Shown here piece by piece: positions 38,087 through 47,451 of a stretch of 64,000 bases of DNA (positions are counted from its first letter, which is position 1; every line of letters starts with the position of its first letter). Under the pieces are notes generated by a model. It saw nothing but the letters and a program-made list of their open reading frames with translations. It was not told where the DNA came from and did not search any database. The stretch is from positions 864,001-928,000 of the forward strand of contig OZ251992.1 of assembly GCA_965246885.1 (NCBI GenBank), read 5' to 3'. The stretch is from Abditibacterium sp. (GTDB lineage: Bacteria > Armatimonadota > Abditibacteriia > Abditibacteriales > Abditibacteriaceae). The position numbers and the translations under genes were made by a program.

Positions 38087-39042
38087 GTCAGTTCGACATC
38101 CTCATGCCCGCGTTCAATGCGGCCCAAACCATCGCCGAAAGCATCGAAAGCGTGCAACGGCAAACTTTCTCCGCTTGGGAGTTGTGGATAGTGAACGATG
38201 GCTCTACCGACGAGACATCCGAAGCGGTGCGCCCGTTCCTCCGCGACCCGCGCATCCATTTGATAGAGCAGGAAAATCAAAGATTAGGCGCCGCGCGCAA
38301 CGCGGGGTTGAGAGAAGGAACGGCCCCACTGGTTTGCTTCTTGGACTCGGATGATTTGTGGGAGGCGCCCAAGTTGGAGCGCCAGTTCCAAGCGCACGAG
38401 GAACACGACGCGTCGGTGTCTTTCAGTGATGGAGAGATATTCTGGGATGCTGAACCGACGCGAAGAGAGACGTTTGGAACCGCTCGTGGCTTCTTTGAAC
38501 CCCATGCGATGTTGCGAAGGCTTTTGCTCCGAAACCAGTTGCCCGTTCTTTCGGTCGCCGTGCGGCGCGAGGCCATCGAGAGGGCTGGAGGTTTTGATGA
38601 GACGGCGGCTTTTCACGGCGTCGAGGACTACGACTTATGGCTTCGCTTGGCGGAGCAAGGCGCGAGCTTCTATGGCATAAACGCTTCCTTGGTGCGCTAC
38701 CGGCGCCATGCTCAGGCGATGACCCTTGACCTATCACCCCACGTGATGTTGCGCGAGATTAACGTCTGGGAGCGCCACTTTCCAACCGCCCAAGCGTTGG
38801 GCTTGGGTGATGCGCTCGCCGCCAAACTGCGGGTTTACTATCATGGTGCCGCTCTCAAGCTAGTCAAGCAAGGCGATGTCCAAGCGGCAGTGGCGCTGCT
38901 TTGCGGGCCGGACACTCGGCGATGGGACAATGCGCCTTCTAAAATAAAGCGGGCGGTATTTCAAAGAGCGCCGCGTTTGTATGTCGCCTTTTACGACACC
39001 CTCGCTGCTGCCAAGCGGCAAGCCAAACGAGTTCCAAAATGA
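38083..39042 (+). CDS. GT2 glycosyltransferase
   Basis: MPAFNA, VNDGSTD, ARNAG, FLDSDD, EDYDLW. Confidence 0.9.
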   Translation: MSQFDILMPAFNAAQTIAESIESVQRQTFSAWELWIVNDGSTDETSEAVRPFLRDPRIHLIEQENQRLGAARNAGLREGTAPLVCFLDSDDLWEAPKLERQFQAHEEHDASVSFSDGEIFWDAEPTRRETFGTARGFFEPHAMLRRLLLRNQLPVLSVAVRREAIERAGGFDETAAFHGVEDYDLWLRLAEQGASFYGINASLVRYRRHAQAMTLDLSPHVMLREINVWERHFPTAQALGLGDALAAKLRVYYHGAALKLVKQGDVQAAVALLCGPDTRRWDNAPSKIKRAVFQRAPRLYVAFYDTLAAAKRQAKRVPK

Positions 39043-40007
39043 CGCCCATTGTTTCCGTCATCATTCCCTGCCACAACTACGCGCATTTGCTGGGCGAGAC
39101 GTTGGAAAGCGTCAGGGCGCAGACGCTGCCCGAGTGGGAGTGCCTTGTGGTGGATGATGGGTCGAGCGACGGGACGGCGGAACTGGTGGCGTCGTTTCGG
39201 GCGCGCGACGAGCGGTTTGTGCTCGTGGAGCGGGAAAACGCGGGCGTTTCGGCGGCGCGCAATGCGGGAATCGCGCGGGCGCGCGGCGAGTTTTTGCAAT
39301 TCTTGGATGCCGACGACCTCATTGAGGCCGACAAACTGCGCGTCCATAGCGACTTGTTGCGGGGAAATCCCGAATGGGCGCTGGTTTATGGCGACGCGCG
39401 GTTTTTCGATTCTTCTGACGCGCCTTGGCCCCCCGAATCGCGCTTGCGGCTGGGGATGTTGCCCGATTCGCCCGAACGGATGCCGCGCGTTTCGTCGGAG
39501 CAAACTGATGTGATGGCACCCCTGCTGCGGCAAAATATCATGGTGGTCAGCGCGCCGCTTGTGCGCCGCGATTGGGTGCGCCGCGCGGGTGGTTTCGTCG
39601 CCGGGTTTAATCACAACGAAGACTGGGATTTGTGGCTGCGGCTGGCCGTTCTGGGCGCTCAGTTTCAGTACAGCGATGCGCCGCAAACACGCACTTTGAT
39701 TCGCGTTCACGGCCACAGTGCCAGTCAGAACCGGGCCGAGATGTTTCGCGGGGAATGGGAAATGCGCGCGCGGTGGCGTGAAATCCTGTTGCACCCGTCT
39801 CACCGCGCGTTCAACGAAGAGCGCATCCTGCGAGCGAAAGGGTTGTGGCTCCAGATTCAATCGAAAGGGCGCCATTTTGGGCGCGGTCGCGCGTTGTTGC
39901 GGGCCGAGCCGAAGGCGAATCGGGCACCCATCCTTAAGTATTGTCTGGCCGCCCAGTTGTTCGAGTGGCCCTTGTTCGGCAGGCTTTGGCGCAAACTCAA
40001 GAAATGA
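39039..40007 (+). CDS. GT2 glycosyltransferase
   Basis: VSVIIPCHN, VDDGSSD, GVSAARN, FLDADD, EDWDLW. Confidence 0.9.
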   Translation: MTPIVSVIIPCHNYAHLLGETLESVRAQTLPEWECLVVDDGSSDGTAELVASFRARDERFVLVERENAGVSAARNAGIARARGEFLQFLDADDLIEADKLRVHSDLLRGNPEWALVYGDARFFDSSDAPWPPESRLRLGMLPDSPERMPRVSSEQTDVMAPLLRQNIMVVSAPLVRRDWVRRAGGFVAGFNHNEDWDLWLRLAVLGAQFQYSDAPQTRTLIRVHGHSASQNRAEMFRGEWEMRARWREILLHPSHRAFNEERILRAKGLWLQIQSKGRHFGRGRALLRAEPKANRAPILKYCLAAQLFEWPLFGRLWRKLKK

Positions 40008-40029
40008 TCCCCTTGAAAGGATGCTCAGC

Positions 40030-40890
40030 ATGAAATGGATCTTCGCGCTTAACGCGGAATCGGTGGACTCTTATGGCGACTTCGCGCGGGTGGCGGTGTG
40101 GTCGGCGCGGCGCCATTCGTCGTTGGAGGCGGTGTGTTTGTTCGATGGCGAGCCGTGCGACTTCACCGATTGGCTCGAAGGGCGGGGCGTCGAGGTGGTG
40201 CAGGCGCGCTCGCGGTTTTATGAGGCCATCGGCGAGGTGGCGCGGCGGCGAAACAATCCGGGCCTTTTCCGAACGGGCGCGGGCGCGTTTTTGCGCTTGG
40301 AGATTCCGCGCGTGGCGCAGGAGTTGGGCTGGAGCGACGAGTTCGTGTTTTACACCGACTGCGACGTGATTTTTCAGTCCGACCCGCGCCCGCTTTTGGA
40401 GGGGCTGACGCCGCGCGTGTTCGCGGCGGCGCCGGAAACGTTCCGGGAGAAGCCGCTTCACATGAACACGGGCGCGATGTGGCTACGCGTGGCGGCGCTC
40501 GCCGACCCACAGTTGGAAGTGTGGACGCGGGCGAATCTGGAAAGATGCCTCGCGGCGTCGTTCGACCAAGGCGCGCTCCGCGTGTTTTATAACTTGTTGC
40601 ACCGCCGCGCGTGGCGCCTCGGTGTTCCCGATAAGCTCTTTTATGCCGTGATGTCGCGTGTGCCGCTCCGAACGTGGCAGTGGGACGACTTGCCGCTCGA
40701 ACTTAATTGGAAGCCGTATTGGGGCGAGAACCCTGCCGCGTCCGTCATCCACTTTCACGGCCTCAAGCCCACGTATCGCGCCGTTACTGCACAAGCCAAG
40801 TTGCCTCCTTATATGGCCGTGATGCACACCCCGTTTTGGGAGGAGTGCGCCGCGCGGTGGGACGCGCTTCTCTTGGAGGCCAAGACATGA
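40030..40890 (+). CDS. GT8-like glycosyltransferase
   Basis: FLRLEIP, YTDCDV, MNTG, FDQG, NWKPYWG, IHFHG. Confidence 0.72.
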   Translation: MKWIFALNAESVDSYGDFARVAVWSARRHSSLEAVCLFDGEPCDFTDWLEGRGVEVVQARSRFYEAIGEVARRRNNPGLFRTGAGAFLRLEIPRVAQELGWSDEFVFYTDCDVIFQSDPRPLLEGLTPRVFAAAPETFREKPLHMNTGAMWLRVAALADPQLEVWTRANLERCLAASFDQGALRVFYNLLHRRAWRLGVPDKLFYAVMSRVPLRTWQWDDLPLELNWKPYWGENPAASVIHFHGLKPTYRAVTAQAKLPPYMAVMHTPFWEECAARWDALLLEAKT

Positions 40891-41759
40891 CCGTTTCCGT
40901 TGTGGTTCCCGTTTACAATCGCGGCGCGGCGGTGGCTTTGACGCTTGATTCCGTGCTGGCGCAGACGCTCGCGCCGATGGAGGTTATCGCCGTAGACGAC
41001 GGCTCGACCGACGGAAGTGCCGATTTCATCGCGGCGCGTTATGGCGGCGCGGTGCGCGTGATTCGCCAGCTTAATGGCGGCGTGGCGCGCGCGCGCAATC
41101 GCGGTTGGCGCGAAGCGCGGGGCGAATGGATCGCTTTCCTCGACCACGACGACGCTTTCCGTCCGCACAAGTTGGCGACGCTACGGCCCTTTTTGGCGGG
41201 CGAAGCGAGCGTTCTGGTGTCGCGGTGGCGCGAGGTGGAGGGTGGCGAAGTCGTGCGCATCAGCCCCGTCGTGCAGGGCAACCGCGCTTTTGGTTGGCTG
41301 TTTGGCTGGGACAATCCACTCGTGTCGGCGAGTGTGCCGCTCGTGCGCCGCGCCGTGTTGGAGAGCGTCGGCGGCTTCGATGCGCGTTGCGTGCCCGCCG
41401 ACGACTGGGATTTGTGGTTGCGCTTGGCCGCGCGCGGTGAAAAGTTCGCATGGAGCGATGAAGTCCTCACCGACTACATTCTTCACCCCGGCCAGCAACG
41501 CCGCGCCGAGGCCGCGATGTTCCGCGCCGTCCGCCGCACGCTGGGGCGCCACCCCGCCGCGCTCGCCGCGCGCCCGGTTTTGCTGTGGTGGCTCGTGTGG
41601 AGCGGCGCGTTCGTTCCGTCTTCTCCGGCCTATGCGCGCTTCAAAGCTGGCGACCCCACCGCCCTGCGCGATGCCGTGCGCGCCCATCCGCTCGCGTTGC
41701 TTAGCCCGCAGTGGCTAATCGCCCTCGCGCGCCGCGCGATGAAAGAACGGGCTACGTGA
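40887..41759 (+). CDS. GT2 glycosyltransferase
   Basis: VSVVVPVYN, VDDGSTD, ARNRG, FLDHDD, DDWDLW. Confidence 0.9.
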   Translation: MTVSVVVPVYNRGAAVALTLDSVLAQTLAPMEVIAVDDGSTDGSADFIAARYGGAVRVIRQLNGGVARARNRGWREARGEWIAFLDHDDAFRPHKLATLRPFLAGEASVLVSRWREVEGGEVVRISPVVQGNRAFGWLFGWDNPLVSASVPLVRRAVLESVGGFDARCVPADDWDLWLRLAARGEKFAWSDEVLTDYILHPGQQRRAEAAMFRAVRRTLGRHPAALAARPVLLWWLVWSGAFVPSSPAYARFKAGDPTALRDAVRAHPLALLSPQWLIALARRAMKERAT

Positions 41760-41762
41760 CCG

Positions 41763-41940
41763 GAAGAATTAACTAACTCCCCGGAGAGTTAGCTAATTCT
41801 TCGACTGACAGACCTCTGTCTGCCGAAGAATTATATGCGCCAGTCAAAGAGGAAGGTGATTCTTCCGCCGACACACGTAATTCTTCGGAAGAATTACGTA
41901 GTTCCCTCGAAGAATTAGCCGTCTCTTCGGAAGAATTACC
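41763..41940. repeat. 21-bp-period array, family A
   Basis: GAAGAATTA at 41763, 41825, 41888, 41909, 41930; GGAGAGTTA at 41783; inverted TAATTCTTC; CTGACAGAC/GACACAC half-units. Confidence 0.82.
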
Positions 41941-41951
41941 TCGTTTTTTCC

Positions 41952-42416
41952 ATGCCGCAACGACCTCTGCAATTTGGCGCCATCGCTGGCGTTCTGGAAG
42001 GCCAGACTTTTGCCAATCGCCGCGAAGTTTTCGAGGCGCGCTTGCACCGCTCTCTGCTCGCGGGCATCTCCGGCACCGCGCGCGACGGGAGTGACGCGGT
42101 TATCGTGTCCGGCGGCTACGAAGATGACGACGACCGAGGCGACACGCTCATTTATACCGGCGAGGGCGGGCGCAACCCCCAAACCGGCGAACAAATCGCG
42201 GGGCAAATCCTCGTTAAAGGCAACCTCGCCTTGGAAAGGAGCCGCATCAACGGCCTCCCCGTCCGCGTCATTCGCGGCGCCGCCGCCAAGTCCCGCTTCG
42301 CCCCCCAAGAAGGCTACCGCTACGACGGCCTCTACCGCGTGAGGCGCTCATGGCCCGAAAAGGGCAAGTCGGGCCACATCGTGTGGCGCTTTGAACTGCG
42401 TAAGGAGGACGGGTAG
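41952..42416 (+). CDS. Stand-alone SRA/YDG domain protein
   Basis: AGISG, VIVSGGYEDDDDRGDTLIYTGEGG, GNLAL, PVRVIRG, YRYDGLYRV. Confidence 0.9.
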   Translation: MPQRPLQFGAIAGVLEGQTFANRREVFEARLHRSLLAGISGTARDGSDAVIVSGGYEDDDDRGDTLIYTGEGGRNPQTGEQIAGQILVKGNLALERSRINGLPVRVIRGAAAKSRFAPQEGYRYDGLYRVRRSWPEKGKSGHIVWRFELRKEDG

Positions 42417-42462
42417 AACACAGGCGGCACTCTTATCTTCCGGCTGTGATACTTCATTCGCC

Positions 42463-42657
42463 ATGAAAGAAGCGACATACCCAACGTCAACAACAGACGA
42501 ACAATATCGAGCCGAAGCCGAGCATTGGATGGCCCAAATCCATCTGCTCAACGAGCAGTCGAACCGCGAGTGGACGCGCATCGAACAACTGCGCGCCGAA
42601 TCGCAAGCCAACCTCGCGCGCATTGAAGCCATCGTCGCGCGTTTGGAGAATCGCTGA
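42463..42657 (+). CDS. Small helical protein
   Basis: 64 aa; TGT-GATACT 9 nt before the ATG; TGATG overlap with the next gene. Confidence 0.6.
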   Translation: MKEATYPTSTTDEQYRAEAEHWMAQIHLLNEQSNREWTRIEQLRAESQANLARIEAIVARLENR

Positions 42658-42920
42658 TGTGGAAGCAAATCACAGACATCGGCAAGCAACTCTTCAACTT
42701 CGGCCAACGCATGAACAAAGTGGAGGCAGAGCAAACCCAACTGCGCGAAGACGTGAACCGCATCGAGCGTTCGCTTGAACGCCTATTGCTCGCCGAAGAC
42801 AACAACCGCGAAGTCCGCGACCGGGAACGCCAAATCTGGGAGCGCGACCAGAAGATTCTGATGCTCGAACTGCAACGCGAACTCGACAAGTTCGAGCGCC
42901 GCCTCCCGCCCGCCAGCTAA
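42657..42920 (+). CDS. Small coiled-coil protein
   Basis: 87 aa, MWKQITDIGKQLF...LDKFERRLPPAS, with a heptad pattern. Confidence 0.68.
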   Translation: MWKQITDIGKQLFNFGQRMNKVEAEQTQLREDVNRIERSLERLLLAEDNNREVRDRERQIWERDQKILMLELQRELDKFERRLPPAS

Positions 42921-43115
42921 GACAACAGGCCGCACCCAAAATAGTCGTGCCCCCGCGCCATCGGCTCCGGGAGTGGCCAACGGGCGCGGGTGTTTCGTCG
43001 CCCGATGCCCTCGAAAACGGCGCCGACACTGCGCCGCCTTACCCTCGCCGGGTTACGGTCAAGGGTGGCGGCGTTCTCTGGGCCGTTGCGACGCGGCTTT
43101 AAACTGTGCGCTATT

Positions 43116-43448
43116 ATGAAGCGTTTTCTCACCCGCCCGTTTCTCCCCGGCAAGCGCCAGTTCTGGCTGTCAGTTCCTCTCTTCGTCATTGGCGCAACTC
43201 CTTACTTCAGCTTGCCCCGGATGCCCCAAGACGAGTTCTTCGCCGTCGTTTGCTTCCTCTTCGCGTTCGTCTTCGCCTTGAATGCTGTCCTCGACTTGCG
43301 CCGCATCCCCGCCGTCGCGCACGGCTTCGTCGTGCTGTGGTTCGCGTTGCTTCTTGTGCTGCTTCCTTTTACGCTGTGGAACACATTCAACAACGCACTT
43401 TGGTATCGCTCGCACCCAATGCCAAACGGCGGGATTGGCGCGCGGTAA
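43116..43448 (+). CDS. Small membrane protein
   Basis: Three hydrophobic segments; TAAACT 10 nt before ATG 43116. Confidence 0.6.
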   Translation: MKRFLTRPFLPGKRQFWLSVPLFVIGATPYFSLPRMPQDEFFAVVCFLFAFVFALNAVLDLRRIPAVAHGFVVLWFALLLVLLPFTLWNTFNNALWYRSHPMPNGGIGAR

Positions 43449-43469
43449 AGTCACAACGTTCAACTTCTC

Positions 43470-43766
43470 ATGTCGTCTCGCCCTTCCTCCGAACGTCTGT
43501 CAAAATTCGCGCCTTTGTTCTTTACCGTTGTTGGTTTGTTTTGGGGAGGTTGGATTGGTTTTGCCGTCGCTGTCAATTACGCGACGGTAGAAATCGCCAA
43601 GTATCAAGCGCAACACAACGGGGATGATGGCGGCGCGAGTGAAGGCGCGTTCGCGCTCCTTGTCGGTTTGCCTGTGGGCGCAGTGCTGGGCGCGTTGTCG
43701 GGGTGGCTTTTAGGACTCGTTGTCAGGCATTTCGCTGACAAAAAGCGCCCGCTACTCAACGAGTAG
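43470..43766 (+). CDS. Small membrane protein
   Basis: Two Gly-rich TM segments. Confidence 0.6.
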   Translation: MSSRPSSERLSKFAPLFFTVVGLFWGGWIGFAVAVNYATVEIAKYQAQHNGDDGGASEGAFALLVGLPVGAVLGALSGWLLGLVVRHFADKKRPLLNE

Positions 43767-43775
43767 CGGGCGCTT
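43740..43775 (-). terminator. Intrinsic terminator of fusA (possibly bidirectional)
   Basis: AAGCGCCCGCTACTC-AAC-GAGTAGCGGGCGCTT with an A-run on the left (U-tract on the minus strand). Confidence 0.82.
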
Positions 43776-43790
43776 CCATTCAATCAAACA

Positions 43791-45911
43791 CTACCGGCGA
43801 CCAGTCGCCGTCGCCAGAATTTCCTCTTGGATATTGCTCGGCACTGGTTCGTAGTGGCTTGGCTCCATTGTGTAGGTGGCGCGGCCTTGGGTGAGCGAGC
43901 GCATGGTCGTCGCGTAGCCGAAGAGTTCGGAGAGCGGGACTTGCGCGCGCACGATTTGGGTGCCGCCTTTGTCGGGGCGCATTTCGTTGATGCGTCCTCT
44001 GCGGCTCGACAGGTCGCCGATGATGTCGCCCATGTTGGCGTCAGGGGTGACGACTTCCATTGACATGATCGGTTCGAGAATCACCGGTTTGGCTTTGCGG
44101 GCCGCTTCGCGCAGTCCTTCGGCTCCGGCGATTTCAAAGGTCATCGCGTTCGAGTCCACTTCGTGATACGATCCGTGAACCAGTTCCACGCGCACGTTCA
44201 CGAGCGGATAGCCCGCCAACACGCCGCGTTCGAGAGCGGACTTGGCGCCCTTTTCGACGCTCGGCCAGAACTCGCGGGGGACGACGCCGCCCACGACTTT
44301 CGACTCGAACTCGAAGTTGTTCTGCTTGCCGTTCTCGTCCGCGACCGTCGGCATCACGTTGATGACGATGTGCGCGAACTGGCCCGAACCGCCCGACTGC
44401 TTGACGTGCTTGTAGGTCAACTCCTTGACCGTGCCTTGGATGGTCTCGCGGTAGGCGACTTGCGGCTTGCCGATGTTGGCCTCGACCGCGTATTCGCGCT
44501 TCATGCGATCCACCATGATTTCCAAGTGCAACTCGCCCATGCCGCCGATGATGGTCTGGCCCGTTTCTTTGTCGTTGCGGACTTTGAAGGTCGGGTCTTC
44601 CTGCGTGAGCTTGATGAGAGCGTCGGTCATCTTGTCCGCGTCGTTGCGAGTTTTCGCTTCGATGGACTGGAAGATAACCGGCTCGGCGAAGTTGATGTTT
44701 TCGAGAACAATCGGGTTGTTCTCGTCGCACATCGTGTCACCCGTCACGGTGTCGGACAAGCCGATGGCGGCGCAGATGTCGCCCGCTTCGGCGTATTCCA
44801 CGTCTTCCTGCTTGTTGGCGTGCATCCGCAAAATGCGCGACACGCGCTCCTTTTTGTTCTTGCCCGAATTCAGGATGTAGCTGCCCTTGTTGACGCGGCC
44901 CGAATAGACGCGAAAATAGGTCAGGCGCCCGAACTTGTTGGACATGATTTTGAACGCGAGTGCCGAGAACGGGTCGTCCGGGTTCGGTTCGCGCGAGGTG
45001 CTTTCGCCGGTATCGGGGTTGGTGCCGATGATGGCGGGCGTGTCGAGCGGCGACGGCAAAAACTCGATAACCGCGTCGAGCATCGGCTGCACGCCCTTGT
45101 TCTTGTAGGACGAGCCGCAAATGACGGCGATAATGTCGTTTTGAAGCGTCGCTTTGCGGATGCCTTTGCGGACTTCCTCTTCGGTGAGTTCTTCGCCAGC
45201 GAAGAATTTCTCCATCAAGGTGTCGTCGGTTTCGGCGACGAATTCGAGCAGTTCGCGGCGATACTCCTGCGCCTTTTCCATGAGTTCGGCGGGAATCTCT
45301 TCCTCGTCGAACGTCGAGCCTAAGTCTTTGGCTTCGTTGTAGCGGATCGCCTTCATCTTGATGAGGTCAACCACGCCCGCGAAGTCGTCTTCGGCGCCGA
45401 TGGGGATTTGAAGCGGCACGGGCCGCGCGCCCAATCGCTCGCGCAGTTGGCCGACAACCTCGTAGAAGTTGGCGCCGGAGCGATCCATTTTGTTAATGTA
45501 GGCCACGCGCGGAACGCCGTAGCGGTTGGCTTGGCGCCACACGGTTTCCGATTGCGGTTGCACGCCGCCAACGGCGCAGAACACGGCGACGAGTCCATCC
45601 AAAACGCGCAAGGAGCGTTCGACTTCAACGGTGAAGTCCACGTGACCGGGCGTGTCGATGATGTTGATGGTGTGGCGCGGGTATTGGTGCGTCGAGCCGT
45701 CCCAAGTGCAGGTCGTCGCGGCACTGGTGATGGTGATGCCGCGTTCTTGCTCTTGTTCCATCCAGTCCATCGTCGCGCTGCCATTGTGGACTTCGCCGAT
45801 GCGGTGGTTGACGCCCGTGTAGAACAAGATGCGTTCGGTGGTGGTTGTCTTACCGGCATCGATGTGAGCCGCAATGCCGATGTTGCGTGTGAGCGATAGA
45901 TCTTTCGCCAT
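43791..45911 (-). CDS. fusA: Elongation factor G
   Basis: [65 protein letters not shown] before ATG 45911. Confidence 0.98.
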   Translation of the reverse strand: MAKDLSLTRNIGIAAHIDAGKTTTTERILFYTGVNHRIGEVHNGSATMDWMEQEQERGITITSAATTCTWDGSTHQYPRHTINIIDTPGHVDFTVEVERSLRVLDGLVAVFCAVGGVQPQSETVWRQANRYGVPRVAYINKMDRSGANFYEVVGQLRERLGARPVPLQIPIGAEDDFAGVVDLIKMKAIRYNEAKDLGSTFDEEEIPAELMEKAQEYRRELLEFVAETDDTLMEKFFAGEELTEEEVRKGIRKATLQNDIIAVICGSSYKNKGVQPMLDAVIEFLPSPLDTPAIIGTNPDTGESTSREPNPDDPFSALAFKIMSNKFGRLTYFRVYSGRVNKGSYILNSGKNKKERVSRILRMHANKQEDVEYAEAGDICAAIGLSDTVTGDTMCDENNPIVLENINFAEPVIFQSIEAKTRNDADKMTDALIKLTQEDPTFKVRNDKETGQTIIGGMGELHLEIMVDRMKREYAVEANIGKPQVAYRETIQGTVKELTYKHVKQSGGSGQFAHIVINVMPTVADENGKQNNFEFESKVVGGVVPREFWPSVEKGAKSALERGVLAGYPLVNVRVELVHGSYHEVDSNAMTFEIAGAEGLREAARKAKPVILEPIMSMEVVTPDANMGDIIGDLSSRRGRINEMRPDKGGTQIVRAQVPLSELFGYATTMRSLTQGRATYTMEPSHYEPVPSNIQEEILATATGRR

Positions 45912-45983
45912 GATGTTTAAAGCCTCTCCTTTGAGGTGTGTGGGTTTCCCGTGCGCGTCCAGCAACGCTAATTTTCTCGCGTC

Positions 45984-46143
45984 GTCATTCCGACTCTCGC
46001 GCTGTCATTCGATTCTTCCGCGCTGTCATTCCGAGGGGAGCCTTGGCGACCAGAGGAATCTTATTTGAGCCGCTCGTCGGTTACAAACGAGCAGTTGCAA
46101 GTAGATTCCTCTGGTCGCCAAGGCTCCCCTCGGAATGACAGCG
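45984..46143. repeat. Palindromic REP/MITE-like element with 41-bp perfect arms and reiterated left-end units
   Basis: 46021-46061 is the exact reverse complement of 46103-46143; GTCATTC occurs at 45984, 46004 and 46025. Confidence 0.9.
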
Positions 46144-46387
46144 TCTGCTTGCTTGGTTCAAGGGCGAACGCCCCCAAATCCGGGCAAACAAAAACCGCAG
46201 CCAGATTTTCCCTTCGGGCGAGCCAAAGAAGAAAACGCGAAACGGTAGAAGCAGAATGTCTGCTTCTACGCGAGTTCGTCGTCGTCTTCGTCGTCGTCCA
46301 TGAGAAAATCCGCCTGCGGTTGGATACTTTTAATTGCGCGTGCGGGGAAACCGGGCTACAAACGCTTCGCGCAAGAGTGGGGTTGCG

Positions 46388-47050
46388 CTATTTTCGAGCG
46401 GACAGGCGCTTTAACTCTTCTCGTGTCCAAGGGTTCTTATTAGCGACCATTACACGTTCGGGACGCCGCAAGGTTTCTACTGATCCATAGAACAAAAACA
46501 AGCCAACAAGGGAGAAAAACAAGGAAGCATCTCCCCATCCCCAAACCAGAACAGATTGTTCTGGTTGTTGAGGATTGACAAGGCACTGCGCCTTTGAGCC
46601 GTCAGGATAGTTCTTGAGCCAGTCCCCCTGCTTAAACGTCATAGAAAAAGACGTTAATCGTTCACCGGCATACCGGCGACCATTGACGATGTAGGAGTAG
46701 GATATCCGGTTTTCCGGTGTATAGGTGGGGCTTGTCCATGAGACAACACAAGGAACTTGCTGCCAGTCCTTCGACCGAAGAGTAAATGCGAGGGGTTCAA
46801 ACACGAGGCTTCGTCCAAAGATAAGGATAATGAACAGGAACAACAAGCCACAAAGACGAGCTTTGGTGTTGTGCCTCATCCGTTCTGAGAACGCTCGACG
46901 CTCATCGTTCGAGAGAGCAGCTTCTCGCTGTTGGATTTCGGCTACGAGTTCGTGATAACGCTCTGGCGCACGACGTTCACTCATGCGACTTCGCATAACC
47001 ACAAGTTCGGCCAAAGAACACTCAGCATAATCGGGCGCCTCGTCAATCAT
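46388..47050 (-). CDS. Membrane protein with a DUF3592-like domain
   Basis: TM - WQQVPCVV..YSYIVNGRRY..CLVNPQQPEQSVL - TM; TACAAT 6 nt before ATG 47050. Confidence 0.7.
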   Translation of the reverse strand: MIDEAPDYAECSLAELVVMRSRMSERRAPERYHELVAEIQQREAALSNDERRAFSERMRHNTKARLCGLLFLFIILIFGRSLVFEPLAFTLRSKDWQQVPCVVSWTSPTYTPENRISYSYIVNGRRYAGERLTSFSMTFKQGDWLKNYPDGSKAQCLVNPQQPEQSVLVWGWGDASLFFSLVGLFLFYGSVETLRRPERVMVANKNPWTREELKRLSARK

Positions 47051-47133
47051 ATCCTCATTGTAACGCAAACGCCCGCGCGTGCCGAGGGGCAACTCAGCGC
47101 GCTTTTCACGCTCACGGCGCCGCACACTCCCCG

Positions 47134-47312
47134 CGTTCAACGTCCAACGCGGCGCGTTCAACATTCAATGCGGCGCGTTGAACATCCAACGGCCCGCGCT
47201 GTGCGTCTCCTACGGCTCGTTGAACGTCAAGCGGGCCGCGTTGAACTGCAAATACGGCCCATTTGCAGTTCAACGGGCCGCATTTGCAGAACAGCTTGCA
47301 CCATTTGCAGAA
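47134..47312. repeat. 21-bp-period array, family D (CGTT(C/G)AAC / CATTTGCAG)
   Basis: Nine units starting at 47134, 47155, 47176, 47197, 47218, 47239, 47260, 47281, 47302. Confidence 0.85.
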
Positions 47313-47451
47313 GCTGGCAAACTCCCGCGCGAGGTATTTCAATCAATGGCCGACAGCATCCCACAAAATCCTGAACCGGGAGTCAAGCGCGTGGACGACT
47401 TCTTAGAGACGGTCTGAAAAGGCTCTGACCGATGGCGTAATTCTTCGTTTC

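Noticed and set aside
46246..46345. Short acidic minus-strand ORF (MDDDEDDDELA) next to the hairpin TAGAAGCAGA..TCTGCTTCTA upstream of fusA
   Set aside because: Only 11 codons from the ATG with no supporting signal; could be a gene remnant but cannot be supported.
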